Below are positions 29,578 to 39,954 of a stretch of 64,000 bases of DNA, one piece after another. Below the pieces are notes generated by a model. The model did not search any database and was not told the DNA's origin. It was given only the letters and a program-made list of their open reading frames with translations. The DNA lies in NCBI GenBank assembly GCA_965218695.1, contig OZ244651.1, forward strand, positions 288,001-352,000, read 5' to 3'. Origin of the DNA: Nitrosopumilus sp. Its GTDB lineage: Archaea; Thermoproteota; Nitrososphaeria; Nitrososphaerales; Nitrosopumilaceae. Position 1 is the stretch's first letter, and each line of letters starts with the position of its first letter. Both the position numbers and the translations under genes were made by a program.

Positions 29578-29919
29578 ATGAAGCTACTAGAAGCTACAGT
29601 AAATGCCGACAGGGCAGGTCACGTCTCAGATGCCATTAAGGGCATCGTGGGGGGATTTACCATTCTGGAAGGAAGCGGGAGAGGATCCTCGGAGAGACAG
29701 ACGATGAGGGCAGGCAGAGGCACAGGCACATTCATAGCAGAATTCAACAAGGTTGCAACCATCAGAACCATTGTGGATGAGAAAGATGTGGAGAGGGTTT
29801 CCACGGCCATTTCGGATGCAGTATTTACCGGAAAGGCAGGTAACGGCATCATCACAGTCTCAGATGTACAGGATGTGTTCAACATTGCAAGCAAAAAGAG
29901 AAATTCTGATGCGCTCTAA
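29578..29919 (+). CDS. P-II family nitrogen regulatory protein
   Basis: GxGRG T-loop, TGKAGNGII B-loop, ~113 aa. Confidence 0.88.
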   Translation: MKLLEATVNADRAGHVSDAIKGIVGGFTILEGSGRGSSERQTMRAGRGTGTFIAEFNKVATIRTIVDEKDVERVSTAISDAVFTGKAGNGIITVSDVQDVFNIASKKRNSDAL

Positions 29920-29958
29920 CCCAAAGTTCAACATATGAAGACAAAGGGGTGGAGAGAC

Positions 29959-30198
29959 CTATTGCTGTCCCTCAATACCCATCAATGTCAGAGTCGATCT
30001 TATTTTTGGTATCTTTCGAATCTTCCATGTGATGGTCTCACGTAGCGCCTCAACCTGATCTAAGGCCACCTTGGCCAGTATGTCATATGCACCAAATGTG
30101 CCGTGTACCTCAGTGACGGCGTCAATGGACTTGAGTTCTGATATTACAGACTCCTCCGAACCCAGCTCACAGTTTATGAGGACATATGCAGTAGCCAT
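29959..30198 (-). CDS. Stand-alone Lrp/AsnC ligand-binding (RAM) domain protein
   Basis: AYVLINCELG...VHGTFGAYDI...IRSTLTL. Confidence 0.88.
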   Translation of the reverse strand: MATAYVLINCELGSEESVISELKSIDAVTEVHGTFGAYDILAKVALDQVEALRETITWKIRKIPKIRSTLTLMGIEGQQ

Positions 30199-30424
30199 TA
30201 GGACACAACTCCCATGCTCATACATAAAAGACCGGCTTCAAATATATAAGAATAATTAAGGCGGGAACCCGAAGATGGATCCTTCTGACAGACATGCCTG
30301 ACCTGTGACAGGCCTCAAAGTCATGCCCGGACAGTATAATTTTGGCAACCGGCTGGAGGGAATTGATTTGGAGTAGTGCCATACAGGCATCAGGCCAAGA
30401 GGGATACGTCGCGCATGCCGCCGG

Positions 30425-31390
30425 TCAGTTGCAGGGCGTATATGCATCATGCATGACTTTTTCAAGCTGGTCTATATCCTCAGAGAGGGTAATCCTGGAG
30501 CGCAGTCGGGATCCCCCCTGCATCCCCCGCGTAAACCGCATTGCCTGGCCCTTGATGTTTGCAAATCGGATTCCATATCCAGCAGCCATGTGCAGATACT
30601 CAAAGAATGCATCCAGTCTGTCTTCAAGCAGGTACTCATGGTATGAGCCTGTCTTCAGATAGTCGTTGATCTGTTCAAATAGAAATGGGTTACCCATGGC
30701 GCCGCGGCCGATCATCACATAGTCGCAACCGGTATCATCAAGCATTGCCCGGGCATCCTCAGGGGTTGCAATGTCGCCATTACCGACTATTGGGACTCCG
30801 GCAGTCTCCTTGAGATCCCTTATCATATTCCAGTCTGCACTTCCAGAGTAACCCTGACTGACCGTTCTTGGATGAAGCGTAATCATCTGAATCCCCTCAT
30901 CTTCGGCGATGCCTGCAATATCCCGGAACAGGTACCGGTCAGCATCGGTGGTTCCAGAACGGATCTTGATGGTGACAGGCTTTCTTACTGCACCGACAAG
31001 GGTGGCAAGAATATTCCGGGTCACATCCGCATGCTGCAACAGGGCACCGCCTGCCATCTGTCTTGTAATGTGCGGCGCAGGACATCCCATGTTGTAGTCT
31101 ATCATGTCAAAGAATGGTTCTACTATCCGGGCAGCCTTCTCCAGCACCGCAAGATCGGACCCGAACAGCTGGACTGAGAGAGGTCTCTCCTCCTCTGAGA
31201 ATCGGATAAACTCCTGAATCGTCTTCATCTGTGCCCTGAGCTGTTCTGCTTTGGCCACTATGCTGTGAATGTTGGTAAACTCAGTCACTACAAGGCCGGC
31301 TCCCATCGTCTTACATTGTAGCCTGAGTGCCGGATCAGACACGCCTGCCATCGGAGCCAGAAATGCCCTGCTTGAAAATTTTGGAAGCAC
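30425..31390 (-). CDS. dus: tRNA-dihydrouridine synthase
   Basis: LAPMAGVSD, NMGCP, HPRT, GNGDI, MIGRG. Confidence 0.93.
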   Translation of the reverse strand: MLPKFSSRAFLAPMAGVSDPALRLQCKTMGAGLVVTEFTNIHSIVAKAEQLRAQMKTIQEFIRFSEEERPLSVQLFGSDLAVLEKAARIVEPFFDMIDYNMGCPAPHITRQMAGGALLQHADVTRNILATLVGAVRKPVTIKIRSGTTDADRYLFRDIAGIAEDEGIQMITLHPRTVSQGYSGSADWNMIRDLKETAGVPIVGNGDIATPEDARAMLDDTGCDYVMIGRGAMGNPFLFEQINDYLKTGSYHEYLLEDRLDAFFEYLHMAAGYGIRFANIKGQAMRFTRGMQGGSRLRSRITLSEDIDQLEKVMHDAYTPCN

Positions 31391-31434
31391 GGTATGGTTT
31401 TATGACTCGGGTATATCTATCATGTCCGGCAGTG

Positions 31435-31556
31435 CAGATAACCCAAGTGTGACTCATTCTGGTAAACTTTCAAGACTATGGAATCTCTTGCTAAACATCA
31501 CATCACCTGAACCGCCGCTCGATCCTGTCGCGCCGTGATCACATCTGGGTTATCGG
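31435..31556 (+). mobile_element. 122-bp ISH3-derived MITE (internal-deletion derivative)
   Basis: TIRs CAGATAACCCAAGTGTGA / TCACATCTGGGTTATCGG resemble the 1500-2835 TIR; retains NITSPEPPLDPVAP*, cf. NITIQPEPPPDPVAP* of that transposase. Confidence 0.78.
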
Positions 31557-31573
31557 GTAGTGCGGCGACGTCC

Positions 31574-33751
31574 TCATGAAGAATCCGGACAGCCGTCCCC
31601 ATCCTCGAAGCCGTTATAGTTCTCCGGATCCAGAGGACACAGATCCTCTGCGTTTATGATACCATCAAGATCAGTATCATGGATAAACCTCTGCTGTTCT
31701 GGAGCCGTGTCAGGACATCCGTCGCTATCGTTGTACTTGTTCCAAGTTTCAGGGTTTGTCGGGCATGCGTCTACGCCGTCATGATATCCATCATTATCAG
31801 AGTCTAGTCTTGTAGGGGGGGTGGATTCTGCGCCGGGAACGTCAGGACATCCGTCGTGATCAAGATAGTCGTTATAGTTTTCAGGCATGTTCGGACATGC
31901 ATCCCACCTGTCGTCTACTCCGTCAGCGTCAGCATCTGGGAATGTATAAACTGCATCAGGATCGATTACAGCCATGTCAGGACATCCGTCAGAGTCCTGG
32001 AACAGGTTGTATGTCTCAGGCTCCAGCGGACACTGGTCAAGCCCGTCTACGATGCCGTCATGATCCAAGTCGGCTGTCGGGTTGAATTCGTCAGGACAGC
32101 CGTCAGTGTCCAAGAGACCGTTGAAGGTCTCAGGCTGGTTTGGACAAGAGTCTACAATGTCGATGATGCTGTCCCCGTCTGAATCAGCCACCACCGAACC
32201 GTCTACAATGGCATCAGGGCATCCGTCCTCGTCTGCAATCCTATTGTAGGTCTCCCTGGAGTTTGGACACTGGTCAACATCGTTGTTTATCCCATCACGG
32301 TCAGTATCACCTGTGGGACTGTATGTCACTGCATCAGGGCATCCGTCTTCATCCATGAATCCGTTGAATCGTTCTCCTATTGTCGGGCATAGATCATCGA
32401 CATCTGGAATGCCGTCGTAGTCAGAGTCGGAAGGTGGAGGGGTTGAGATTCCGGAGACATCAGGACATCCGTCGTGATCAAGATAGTCGTTATAGTTTTC
32501 AGGCATGTTCGGACATGCATCCCACCTGTCGTCTACTCCGTCAGCGTCAGCATCTGGGAATGTATAGCCGGTACCAAGATCGATTACAGCCATGTCAGGA
32601 CATCCGTCAGAGTCCTGGAACAGGTTGTATGTCTCAGGCTCCAGCGGACACTGGTCAAGCCCGTCTACGATGCCGTCATGATCCAAGTCGGCTGTCGGAC
32701 TGAATTCGTCAGGACAGCCGTCAGAGTCCAAGAAGCCGTTATAGACCTCCGGTTGGTTTGGGCAATAGTCCATGCGATCTATGATGCCGTCACCGTCAGA
32801 GTCTGTCACCAGTTGGTGCTCCACTGCACTGTCAGGACAGCCGTCCTCATCTGCAATCTTGTTGTAGATCTCTGGGTGGAGGGGGCACTGGTCAAGGATA
32901 TCTGAGATGCCGTCACCGTCACGGTCACGCTCAACATACAGGAGAACCTCGTCGGGACAGCCGTCGTCATCCTGGAATCCGTTATAGACCTCCCGCTCCA
33001 GTGGGCATGCGTCATCCGTGTCTAAAATATAGTCATAATCAGAATCTGCAGGTAATGGGTTGGAGATTCCCGGAACATCGGGACAGCCGTCCCAGTCAAG
33101 ATAGTTGTTGTAGTTTTCAGGCTCGTTCAGGCATGCATCCCGCCGGTCATCTATCCCGTCGGCATCAGCATCAGGGAATGCATAGCCTGCAAAGGGATCT
33201 ACTGCTACTGCATCAGGACATCCGTCTGCGTCTTGGAATCGGTTGTATGTCTCAGGTTCTGTGGGACACGAGTCTGAATTATCAGAGAGTCCGTCAGAGT
33301 CAGTATCAGTCAGGTTTGTATCATCGTCAGGACAGCCGTCAGTATCATCAAGGCCGTTGAATGTCTCAGGCAACGAGGGGCACAGATCCCGATAATCAGG
33401 ATAGCCGTCACCGTCAGAGTCCGGAATCGAGCTGCCGGTAATACCAATCAGATCAGGACAGCCGTCCTCGTCTGCAACCCGGTTGTAAGTCTCTTTTGTG
33501 GTGGGACAGTCATCAATGTGATCCTGTATCCCGTCAAAGTCAGCATCATACCATGGGACAAAGTCAGCAGGACATCCATCAATATTTTCACCATACTGTG
33601 GATCATAGTCCTCCTGGAGATTTGGGCACAGGTCTACGGAGTTTGGTACGCCGTCATCGTCAGAATCTGCATCTGCTGCATGCACATTAAGAGGCATCCC
33701 TATGGTTAACACAAGCAGGATCATGAATCCCATAATACAATATCTGTTCAT
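31574..33751 (-). CDS. Secreted thrombospondin type-3 repeat (Ca-binding) protein 1
   Basis: Signal peptide, then many DxDxDGxxDxxDxCPxxxExxNxxxDxDGCPD repeats. Confidence 0.9.
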   Translation of the reverse strand: MNRYCIMGFMILLVLTIGMPLNVHAADADSDDDGVPNSVDLCPNLQEDYDPQYGENIDGCPADFVPWYDADFDGIQDHIDDCPTTKETYNRVADEDGCPDLIGITGSSIPDSDGDGYPDYRDLCPSLPETFNGLDDTDGCPDDDTNLTDTDSDGLSDNSDSCPTEPETYNRFQDADGCPDAVAVDPFAGYAFPDADADGIDDRRDACLNEPENYNNYLDWDGCPDVPGISNPLPADSDYDYILDTDDACPLEREVYNGFQDDDGCPDEVLLYVERDRDGDGISDILDQCPLHPEIYNKIADEDGCPDSAVEHQLVTDSDGDGIIDRMDYCPNQPEVYNGFLDSDGCPDEFSPTADLDHDGIVDGLDQCPLEPETYNLFQDSDGCPDMAVIDLGTGYTFPDADADGVDDRWDACPNMPENYNDYLDHDGCPDVSGISTPPPSDSDYDGIPDVDDLCPTIGERFNGFMDEDGCPDAVTYSPTGDTDRDGINNDVDQCPNSRETYNRIADEDGCPDAIVDGSVVADSDGDSIIDIVDSCPNQPETFNGLLDTDGCPDEFNPTADLDHDGIVDGLDQCPLEPETYNLFQDSDGCPDMAVIDPDAVYTFPDADADGVDDRWDACPNMPENYNDYLDHDGCPDVPGAESTPPTRLDSDNDGYHDGVDACPTNPETWNKYNDSDGCPDTAPEQQRFIHDTDLDGIINAEDLCPLDPENYNGFEDGDGCPDSS

Positions 33752-34049
33752 CTTTGCAATCTCAGATAGATTTTGGTATCTATTAAGTTTCACTAATGGG
33801 AATTCATCTCGTGATCGTGCCAAAAATATCACAGTAAGCGATGCACCACATGTCTAATAGAGGGGTTTGTATCTGTCAGGACATCTGCCTTCCATGAAGT
33901 TAAGAGTCATACGCACAGGACGACGGCCATGCCTGCAAAAAAGATTGGTTCCCGGATTCATGAGCGATTCTGTAGAGGCGGTATGCTATATCAAAGACTG
34001 ATGCAGGGAGATGAATCATTGGACAGTGCGATGGAATGATGATTATGCA

Positions 34050-36215
34050 CTATGGGTCATAACAGCCGTCTTCATCCATATAGCCATCATAATCCTCCTG
34101 CTCCATTGGACATGTATCCACGTCATTTATGATGCCGTCAAGATCGTCGTCATGGACGAACCTCTGCTGTTCTGGAGCCGTGTCAGGACATCCGTCGTAA
34201 TCTAGGTACTTGTTCCAAGTCTCAGGGCTTGTAGGGCAGCCGTCAATACTGTCAGGGTACCCGTCAGAGTCTGAATCAAGTACTATCGCTGCAACTGATT
34301 CTGCTCCCGGAGAGTCAGGGCAGCCGTCCCAGTCAAGATAGTCGTTGTAGTTTTCAGGCTCGGTTACGCAGGAGTCCCACCTGTCGTCTACCCCGTCGGC
34401 ATCAGCATCAGGGAAGGTAAACACGGACAGTACAATGTCCACCGAATCAGGACATCCGTCTGCATCCTGGAACTTGTTCCAAGTCTCGGGCATGAGAGGG
34501 CAGGTATCTAGATCATCAGGAATTCCGTCACGATCAACATCAGAGGATGACCGCGTACTGTCAGGGCAGCCGTCCCAGTCTGCCAGGCCGTTGTATGTCT
34601 CAGGCTGGGTGGGGCACAGGTCCAGCGTGTCAACCAGTCCGTCGCCGTCAGAGTCAGCAGCAATTCGGTTGTTGGCTATGTAGTCGGGGCAGCCGTCGTC
34701 ATCCATGAACCGGTTGTAGTTCTCTGGGATGTCTGGGCATTGATCCACATCATCATATATTCCGTCGCCGTCAGAGTCGATTACAGTCACATACACTATG
34801 CTGTCAGGGCAGCCGTCGTCGTCTTGGAATCCGTTGTATCGCTCGGCCAAATCAGGACACTCGTCCATAAGATCCGGCACCCCGTCAAAGTCAGCATCCA
34901 TTGTGGTCAGGTATGCAGTTCCAGGAACGTCAGGGCAGCCGTCCCAGTCAAGATAGTCGTTGTAGTTTTCAGGCTCGGTTACGCAGGAGTCCCACCTGTC
35001 GTCTACCCCGTCGGCATCAGCATCAGGGAAGGTAAACACGGACAGTATAATGTCCACCGAATCAGGACATCCGTCTGCATCCTGGAACCTGTTGTATACC
35101 TCAGGTTCCATTGGACAGGTGTCTGTCCCGTCAGAAATTCCATCATTGTCAGTATCGACGTGATCCGATACGTTGTCGGGGCAGCCGTCTAGATCATCAA
35201 TGCCGTTGAAGGTCTCAGGATCCAAGGGACACCTGTCGATCTGATCGATGAATCCGTCGCCGTCAGAGTCGCTGGCAGTCGTGTTGTCTACAACTGCATC
35301 AGGGCAGCCGTCGTCGTCTGCAATCCTGTTGTATGTCTCAGGTTGGAACGGACAGGAGTCGTCAGGATCCAGAATGTTGTCGCCATCAACATCACCGACA
35401 ACCGTAAACGCCAGTTCATCGGGGCAGCCGTCGTCGTCTTGGAACTTGTTAAAGTTCTCCCGTTCCAGAGGACAGGCATCAAGGTAATCAGGAATACTGT
35501 CAAAGTCGGTATCAGGTACCATGAGGGATTCGGCACCAGGGGAGTCAGGGCAGCCGTCCCAGTCAAGATAGTCGTTGTAGTTTTCAGGCTCGTTTACGCA
35601 GGAATCCCACCTGTCGTCCATCCCGTCGCCGTCAGAGTCCGGAAGAGAGTAGGTAAATGCCTCAACAGGTATCTGGTCAGGACATCCGTCTGTATCCATG
35701 AACCTGTTGTATGTCTCAGGCTCGGTAGGACAGCCGTCTGTGAGGTCGGAGAGTCCGTCAGAGTCTGTGTCATTCAGGGACGTGTCATCGTCAGGGCATC
35801 CGTCCCTGTCATCAATACCGTTGAAGGTCTCAGGCAATGTTGGGCACAGGTCCAGATAGTCCGGATAGCCGTCGCCGTCAGAGTCCGGAATCGAGACGCC
35901 GGTAACGCCAACCAGATCAGGACAACCGTCGTCGTCTGCAACCCGGTTGTAAGTCTCCTTTGTGGTGGGACAGTCATCAATGTGATCCTGTATTCCGTCA
36001 AAGTCATTGTCATACCACGGAACAAAGTCTGCAGGACAACCGTCTATGTTCTCGCCATACTGTGGATCATAGTCCTCCTGGAGATTGGGACACAGGTCAA
36101 CAGAGTTGGGAACACCATCATCATCAGAGTCGTTGTCAACTGCATGAGCGCCAGAAAGCATTCCAGCTGCGGATACAAACAAGAGTAGAAACCCTAGATG
36201 ATGCATTCCTTTCAT
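34050..36215 (-). CDS. Secreted thrombospondin type-3 repeat protein 2
   Basis: Same repeat unit; signal peptide; paralog of protein 1. Confidence 0.9.
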   Translation of the reverse strand: MKGMHHLGFLLLFVSAAGMLSGAHAVDNDSDDDGVPNSVDLCPNLQEDYDPQYGENIDGCPADFVPWYDNDFDGIQDHIDDCPTTKETYNRVADDDGCPDLVGVTGVSIPDSDGDGYPDYLDLCPTLPETFNGIDDRDGCPDDDTSLNDTDSDGLSDLTDGCPTEPETYNRFMDTDGCPDQIPVEAFTYSLPDSDGDGMDDRWDSCVNEPENYNDYLDWDGCPDSPGAESLMVPDTDFDSIPDYLDACPLERENFNKFQDDDGCPDELAFTVVGDVDGDNILDPDDSCPFQPETYNRIADDDGCPDAVVDNTTASDSDGDGFIDQIDRCPLDPETFNGIDDLDGCPDNVSDHVDTDNDGISDGTDTCPMEPEVYNRFQDADGCPDSVDIILSVFTFPDADADGVDDRWDSCVTEPENYNDYLDWDGCPDVPGTAYLTTMDADFDGVPDLMDECPDLAERYNGFQDDDGCPDSIVYVTVIDSDGDGIYDDVDQCPDIPENYNRFMDDDGCPDYIANNRIAADSDGDGLVDTLDLCPTQPETYNGLADWDGCPDSTRSSSDVDRDGIPDDLDTCPLMPETWNKFQDADGCPDSVDIVLSVFTFPDADADGVDDRWDSCVTEPENYNDYLDWDGCPDSPGAESVAAIVLDSDSDGYPDSIDGCPTSPETWNKYLDYDGCPDTAPEQQRFVHDDDLDGIINDVDTCPMEQEDYDGYMDEDGCYDP

Positions 36216-36227
36216 GCCAACAGGCTC

Positions 36228-38666
36228 CTATGCATCGGGGCAGCCGTCGCCATCAGAATTACCATCATAGTCTTCAGGTTCGAAAGGACACGCATCATTC
36301 TCGTTTATAATGTTGTCTAGATCGTGATCATGCTTGTAGCGGGACTGCTCGGGAATGATGTCAGGACATCCGTCATCGTCGTTGTACTTGTTCCAGTTCT
36401 CTGCAAGGCCTGGACACTGGTCAACATCATCAGGAAGACCGTCGTTGTCGCTGTCAGGAGTGCGCTCGAATACAGGCAACACGTCAGGGCATCCGTCATA
36501 GTCTACATACCTATTCCAGACCTCTGCCGTGTCAGGACACAGATCCATCACGTCTGCAACCCCGTCGCCGTCAGTATCAACCTGGGTGTCGTCCACGTCG
36601 GGGCATCCGTCGGCATCCTCATACCCGTTGAAGTTCTCTGCAACCAGTGGGCAGGCATCGTCTGCATCATAAAGTCCATCGTTATCAGAGTCGACAGTCA
36701 TGGACTCGACTATAAAGTCTGGACAGCCGTCAGTATCCTGATGGCGGTTCCACGTCTCAGGCGAGGTTGGACATGCGTCGATTCCGTCATGGATTCCATC
36801 ATTGTCCCGGTCAATTGATATGCTGTAATCGTCAGGGCAACCGTCCCTGTCAAGGACGCCGTTGAACGTCTCAGGCTGGTTCGGGCAGTGGTCCACATAG
36901 TCGTTGAGTCCGTCCCCGTCAGAGTCTGGTATTGGAGAAAAGTCCGGTACATAGTCTGGACATCCGTCCTCATCATTGAATCTGTTGTATATCTCTGGAA
37001 TCAGTTTGCATTGATCCACATCATCTGTGATTCCGTCAAAGTCCAGATCAGCTATCAGGGTGGTCTCAAGCTGGTCGGGGCAGCCATCATCATCTTCAAA
37101 TCCATTATAGGTCTCCCTGGCCAGCGGACACTGATCCAGCTCGTCCAGGATTCCATCATAATCAGAGTCAGATATTACGGGGTCGTCCGGACAGCCGTCA
37201 TGATCCAGATATCGGTTCCATGTCTCGGCTGTGTCAGGACACTGATCCTGTGAGTCCCGGACTCCGTCCCCGTCAGAGTCGGGCACCTCTTCATCAGGGC
37301 ATCCGTCGGCATCCTGATACCCGTTGAATATTTCTGACTGTAACGGACAGCTGTCCCTAAGGTCTACGATGCCGTCCCCGTCATAGTCAAGCGCCAAGAA
37401 TCCGGATGTGCTGTCAGGGCAGCCGTCCGTATCCTGGAAGTTGTTCCATATCTCCTGGACAAATGGACATGCATCCAGATCGTCAGGAACGCCGTCCAGA
37501 TCACGATCAGAGGTCGTAATAGAGTCAGGGCAGCCGTCTATATCAAACAGGCCGTTAAATATCTCAGGCTGGCTGGGACACAGATCCACGTAATCATTTA
37601 TCCCGTCCCCGTCAGAGTCTGGAATTCCTTTGTTGTCTGACTTGGAGTCAGGACAGCCGTCATTATCCTGGAATTGGTTGTAGGTTTCTGCGTTCTCCGG
37701 ACACTGGTCAAGGCTGTTGATGATTCCGTCAAAGTCAGAATCCTGTGCTGAGGTGTATGGTGGTATGTCAGGACAGCCGTCATCATCCATGAACTGGTTG
37801 TATCTTTCAGGTGCGTTCAGGCACTGATCTATATCATCAGGTATCTGATCGTGGTCTGCATCATCAGGGGCGCTTATGAAATGCGGAACAGAGTCGGGGC
37901 ATCCGTCATAGTCAGCAAACCTGTTGACAGTCTCGGGGTTTGAAGGACAGTTGTCAAACTGGTCGGCAATGCCGTCACCGTCAGCATCATCAGCAGATAC
38001 TTCGCGTACCACGTCGGCACATCCATCCACATCGCGATAGCCGTTGTATACCTCCGGTTCTTCAGGACACAGATCCAGGCGATCCTCGATTCCGTCGTTA
38101 TCAGTATCAGTAAAGGTGGTGTCAGCAGTAGAGTCAGGACAGCCGTCCTCATCTTGGAACCGGTTGTAGTTTTCTGCACTCAGCCGGCACTGGTCCAGGA
38201 TATCGTTAATACCGTCCCTGTCACGATCACCGCTGCTAAACGAGTCAGGACATCCGTCCCGGTCATCTACTCCGTTGAATGTCTCAGGCTGGTTCGGGCA
38301 CAGATCATTCCTGTCTGCAAAGCCATCATTATCAGAATCGTCTATGTTGCTGCCTGTATTCACTGGAGGGATGTCAGGACAGCCGTCCTCATCCTCGTAT
38401 CCGTTATAGTTCTCCCTGACGCTGGGACACATGTCGATATGATCCTCTACTGCGTCATAGTCCTCATCATACCATGGAACAAAGTTGGACGGACAGCCGT
38501 CCTCTGCACCCTCATAATCCTCCTGCAGGTTTGGGCACAGATCCACTACGTCAGATATTCCGTCATTATCCAGATCATCATCAGCAAAGATCGGACTGAA
38601 CGGCATGCTAGTCAATACTGCAACAAGTAATAGTAGAAATGAAATATTGTGTGTTTTTACCAACAC
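36228..38666 (-). CDS. Secreted thrombospondin type-3 repeat protein 3
   Basis: Same repeat unit; signal peptide; 12 bp upstream of gene 2. Confidence 0.9.
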   Translation of the reverse strand: MLVKTHNISFLLLLVAVLTSMPFSPIFADDDLDNDGISDVVDLCPNLQEDYEGAEDGCPSNFVPWYDEDYDAVEDHIDMCPSVRENYNGYEDEDGCPDIPPVNTGSNIDDSDNDGFADRNDLCPNQPETFNGVDDRDGCPDSFSSGDRDRDGINDILDQCRLSAENYNRFQDEDGCPDSTADTTFTDTDNDGIEDRLDLCPEEPEVYNGYRDVDGCADVVREVSADDADGDGIADQFDNCPSNPETVNRFADYDGCPDSVPHFISAPDDADHDQIPDDIDQCLNAPERYNQFMDDDGCPDIPPYTSAQDSDFDGIINSLDQCPENAETYNQFQDNDGCPDSKSDNKGIPDSDGDGINDYVDLCPSQPEIFNGLFDIDGCPDSITTSDRDLDGVPDDLDACPFVQEIWNNFQDTDGCPDSTSGFLALDYDGDGIVDLRDSCPLQSEIFNGYQDADGCPDEEVPDSDGDGVRDSQDQCPDTAETWNRYLDHDGCPDDPVISDSDYDGILDELDQCPLARETYNGFEDDDGCPDQLETTLIADLDFDGITDDVDQCKLIPEIYNRFNDEDGCPDYVPDFSPIPDSDGDGLNDYVDHCPNQPETFNGVLDRDGCPDDYSISIDRDNDGIHDGIDACPTSPETWNRHQDTDGCPDFIVESMTVDSDNDGLYDADDACPLVAENFNGYEDADGCPDVDDTQVDTDGDGVADVMDLCPDTAEVWNRYVDYDGCPDVLPVFERTPDSDNDGLPDDVDQCPGLAENWNKYNDDDGCPDIIPEQSRYKHDHDLDNIINENDACPFEPEDYDGNSDGDGCPDA

Positions 38667-38826
38667 AAAAGGTTTCTAAGATCCAGTAATTAAACCTCAC
38701 TGTAAGAGACTGAGCCCAGATTGGATTCGGGCACAAAATCAGACGTCATTATCCATGCCATGCATGAATGAACGGCAGCAGAAAAGGCCGGAACCACGTC
38801 CGGCGGGATCGGCGCCCGGCCCCCAC

Positions 38827-39282
38827 TCAGGCGATCCACTGACTAAACGAAAAGTACCTGTCATGGTATTTCATCAAATACCCTGGAACGCTCTCCCTCA
38901 ACCAGTCTCCGTGAAGTTCTGTCTGTATGGTCGACATGCTGATTCGCACGCGAATGTTGCCGTCAGAGTCGTTTATCCAGTAGGAGTTCAGCTCCCAGTC
39001 AAACAGCACAAAGCCGTCGTCCTCAGGCGGAAAGTCTTGTGCCAGCGCAACGTCCAGCATCCCCTTGATCCTGGGAACGTCTGCGAGATCCTCGTCAGAT
39101 ATCTCGGTTACCGACATGTACTGGTTGCCATCGATTATCTTGTCAGGATCGGTTTCCTCATAGTACGTGAGGCTGATTCCTTCCACGTACGGCGAGTAGC
39201 CGTTTGCAACAACGTACAGGTAGAACAGTCCCGCCGCCAGAACGAGGATGACGGGAACCAGGATCTTGGTTCTGGCCCTCAC
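38827..39282 (-). CDS. Hypothetical protein with N-terminal membrane anchor
   Basis: One hydrophobic helix then an acidic domain; 4-bp overlap with the upstream gene. Confidence 0.7.
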   Translation of the reverse strand: MRARTKILVPVILVLAAGLFYLYVVANGYSPYVEGISLTYYEETDPDKIIDGNQYMSVTEISDEDLADVPRIKGMLDVALAQDFPPEDDGFVLFDWELNSYWINDSDGNIRVRISMSTIQTELHGDWLRESVPGYLMKYHDRYFSFSQWIA

Positions 39283-39719
39283 TTTTCCCTCCTCCTGACC
39301 GCGAGCATGACTGCCAGGCCTGCTGCTGCTGCTGCCGGACCAGCCAAAATCATGATTTCCAGATAGCGCTGCGGTGAACTTTCCAGGAATGTAGCGTCGT
39401 ATGCAAACTGGCTTTGAATTTCACCGGTGGCGCGGTAGTAGGAGTAGACGTTGTGGTTCTCTTGCGCCCCTGCCCATTCCCCAAGAACCCCGTCCTCCAG
39501 CGCCTGATTCATTTCAATCCTTTTGCCTTCCATGAATTCTGCGCCCTTGTGGTCGTAGTATGGAGCCCATGCCGACCTGTACTCTTGCTCGCTTACCGGA
39601 TCCATGTCAAAGCACGGCGCGTCAGGCCAGTCCTCGTTGATGACGCATATCGAAAACCCTTGCGGAGCGACTAGGGGAATGGCCAGCATCACGGCCATCG
39701 CCAAAAATTCCGCCTTCAT
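39279..39719 (-). CDS. Hypothetical secreted protein with C-terminal TM anchor
   Basis: Signal peptide, CxxNxDWPDAPC motif, C-terminal TM followed by RRREK. Confidence 0.7.
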   Translation of the reverse strand: MKAEFLAMAVMLAIPLVAPQGFSICVINEDWPDAPCFDMDPVSEQEYRSAWAPYYDHKGAEFMEGKRIEMNQALEDGVLGEWAGAQENHNVYSYYRATGEIQSQFAYDATFLESSPQRYLEIMILAGPAAAAAGLAVMLAVRRREK

Positions 39720-39954
39720 CCCTTTTCTGCACATGTTGCGGAAATAAATTATTCCACTGGCAGTCCCGCGACATCTTCCTAAATCCGACATAATGTTGAT
39801 GGTAATTGGGTTGTTAACCATTTGTTCACTGCCGGTTTTGGACGATCCGCGCAAATAGGGGTTGTCGCATAAATCAGGCAAATCATAATCTGTCTTGTCC
39901 TTGGGTTCCGTCTGACGTGGACTAGGCATTCGTTGTGGCTTTTTTCGTGTCATG

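Noticed and set aside
31842-35088. Diversity-generating retroelement TR/VR pair
   Set aside because: Differences are not adenine-specific, both copies are in-frame coding, and no reverse transcriptase is present in the window
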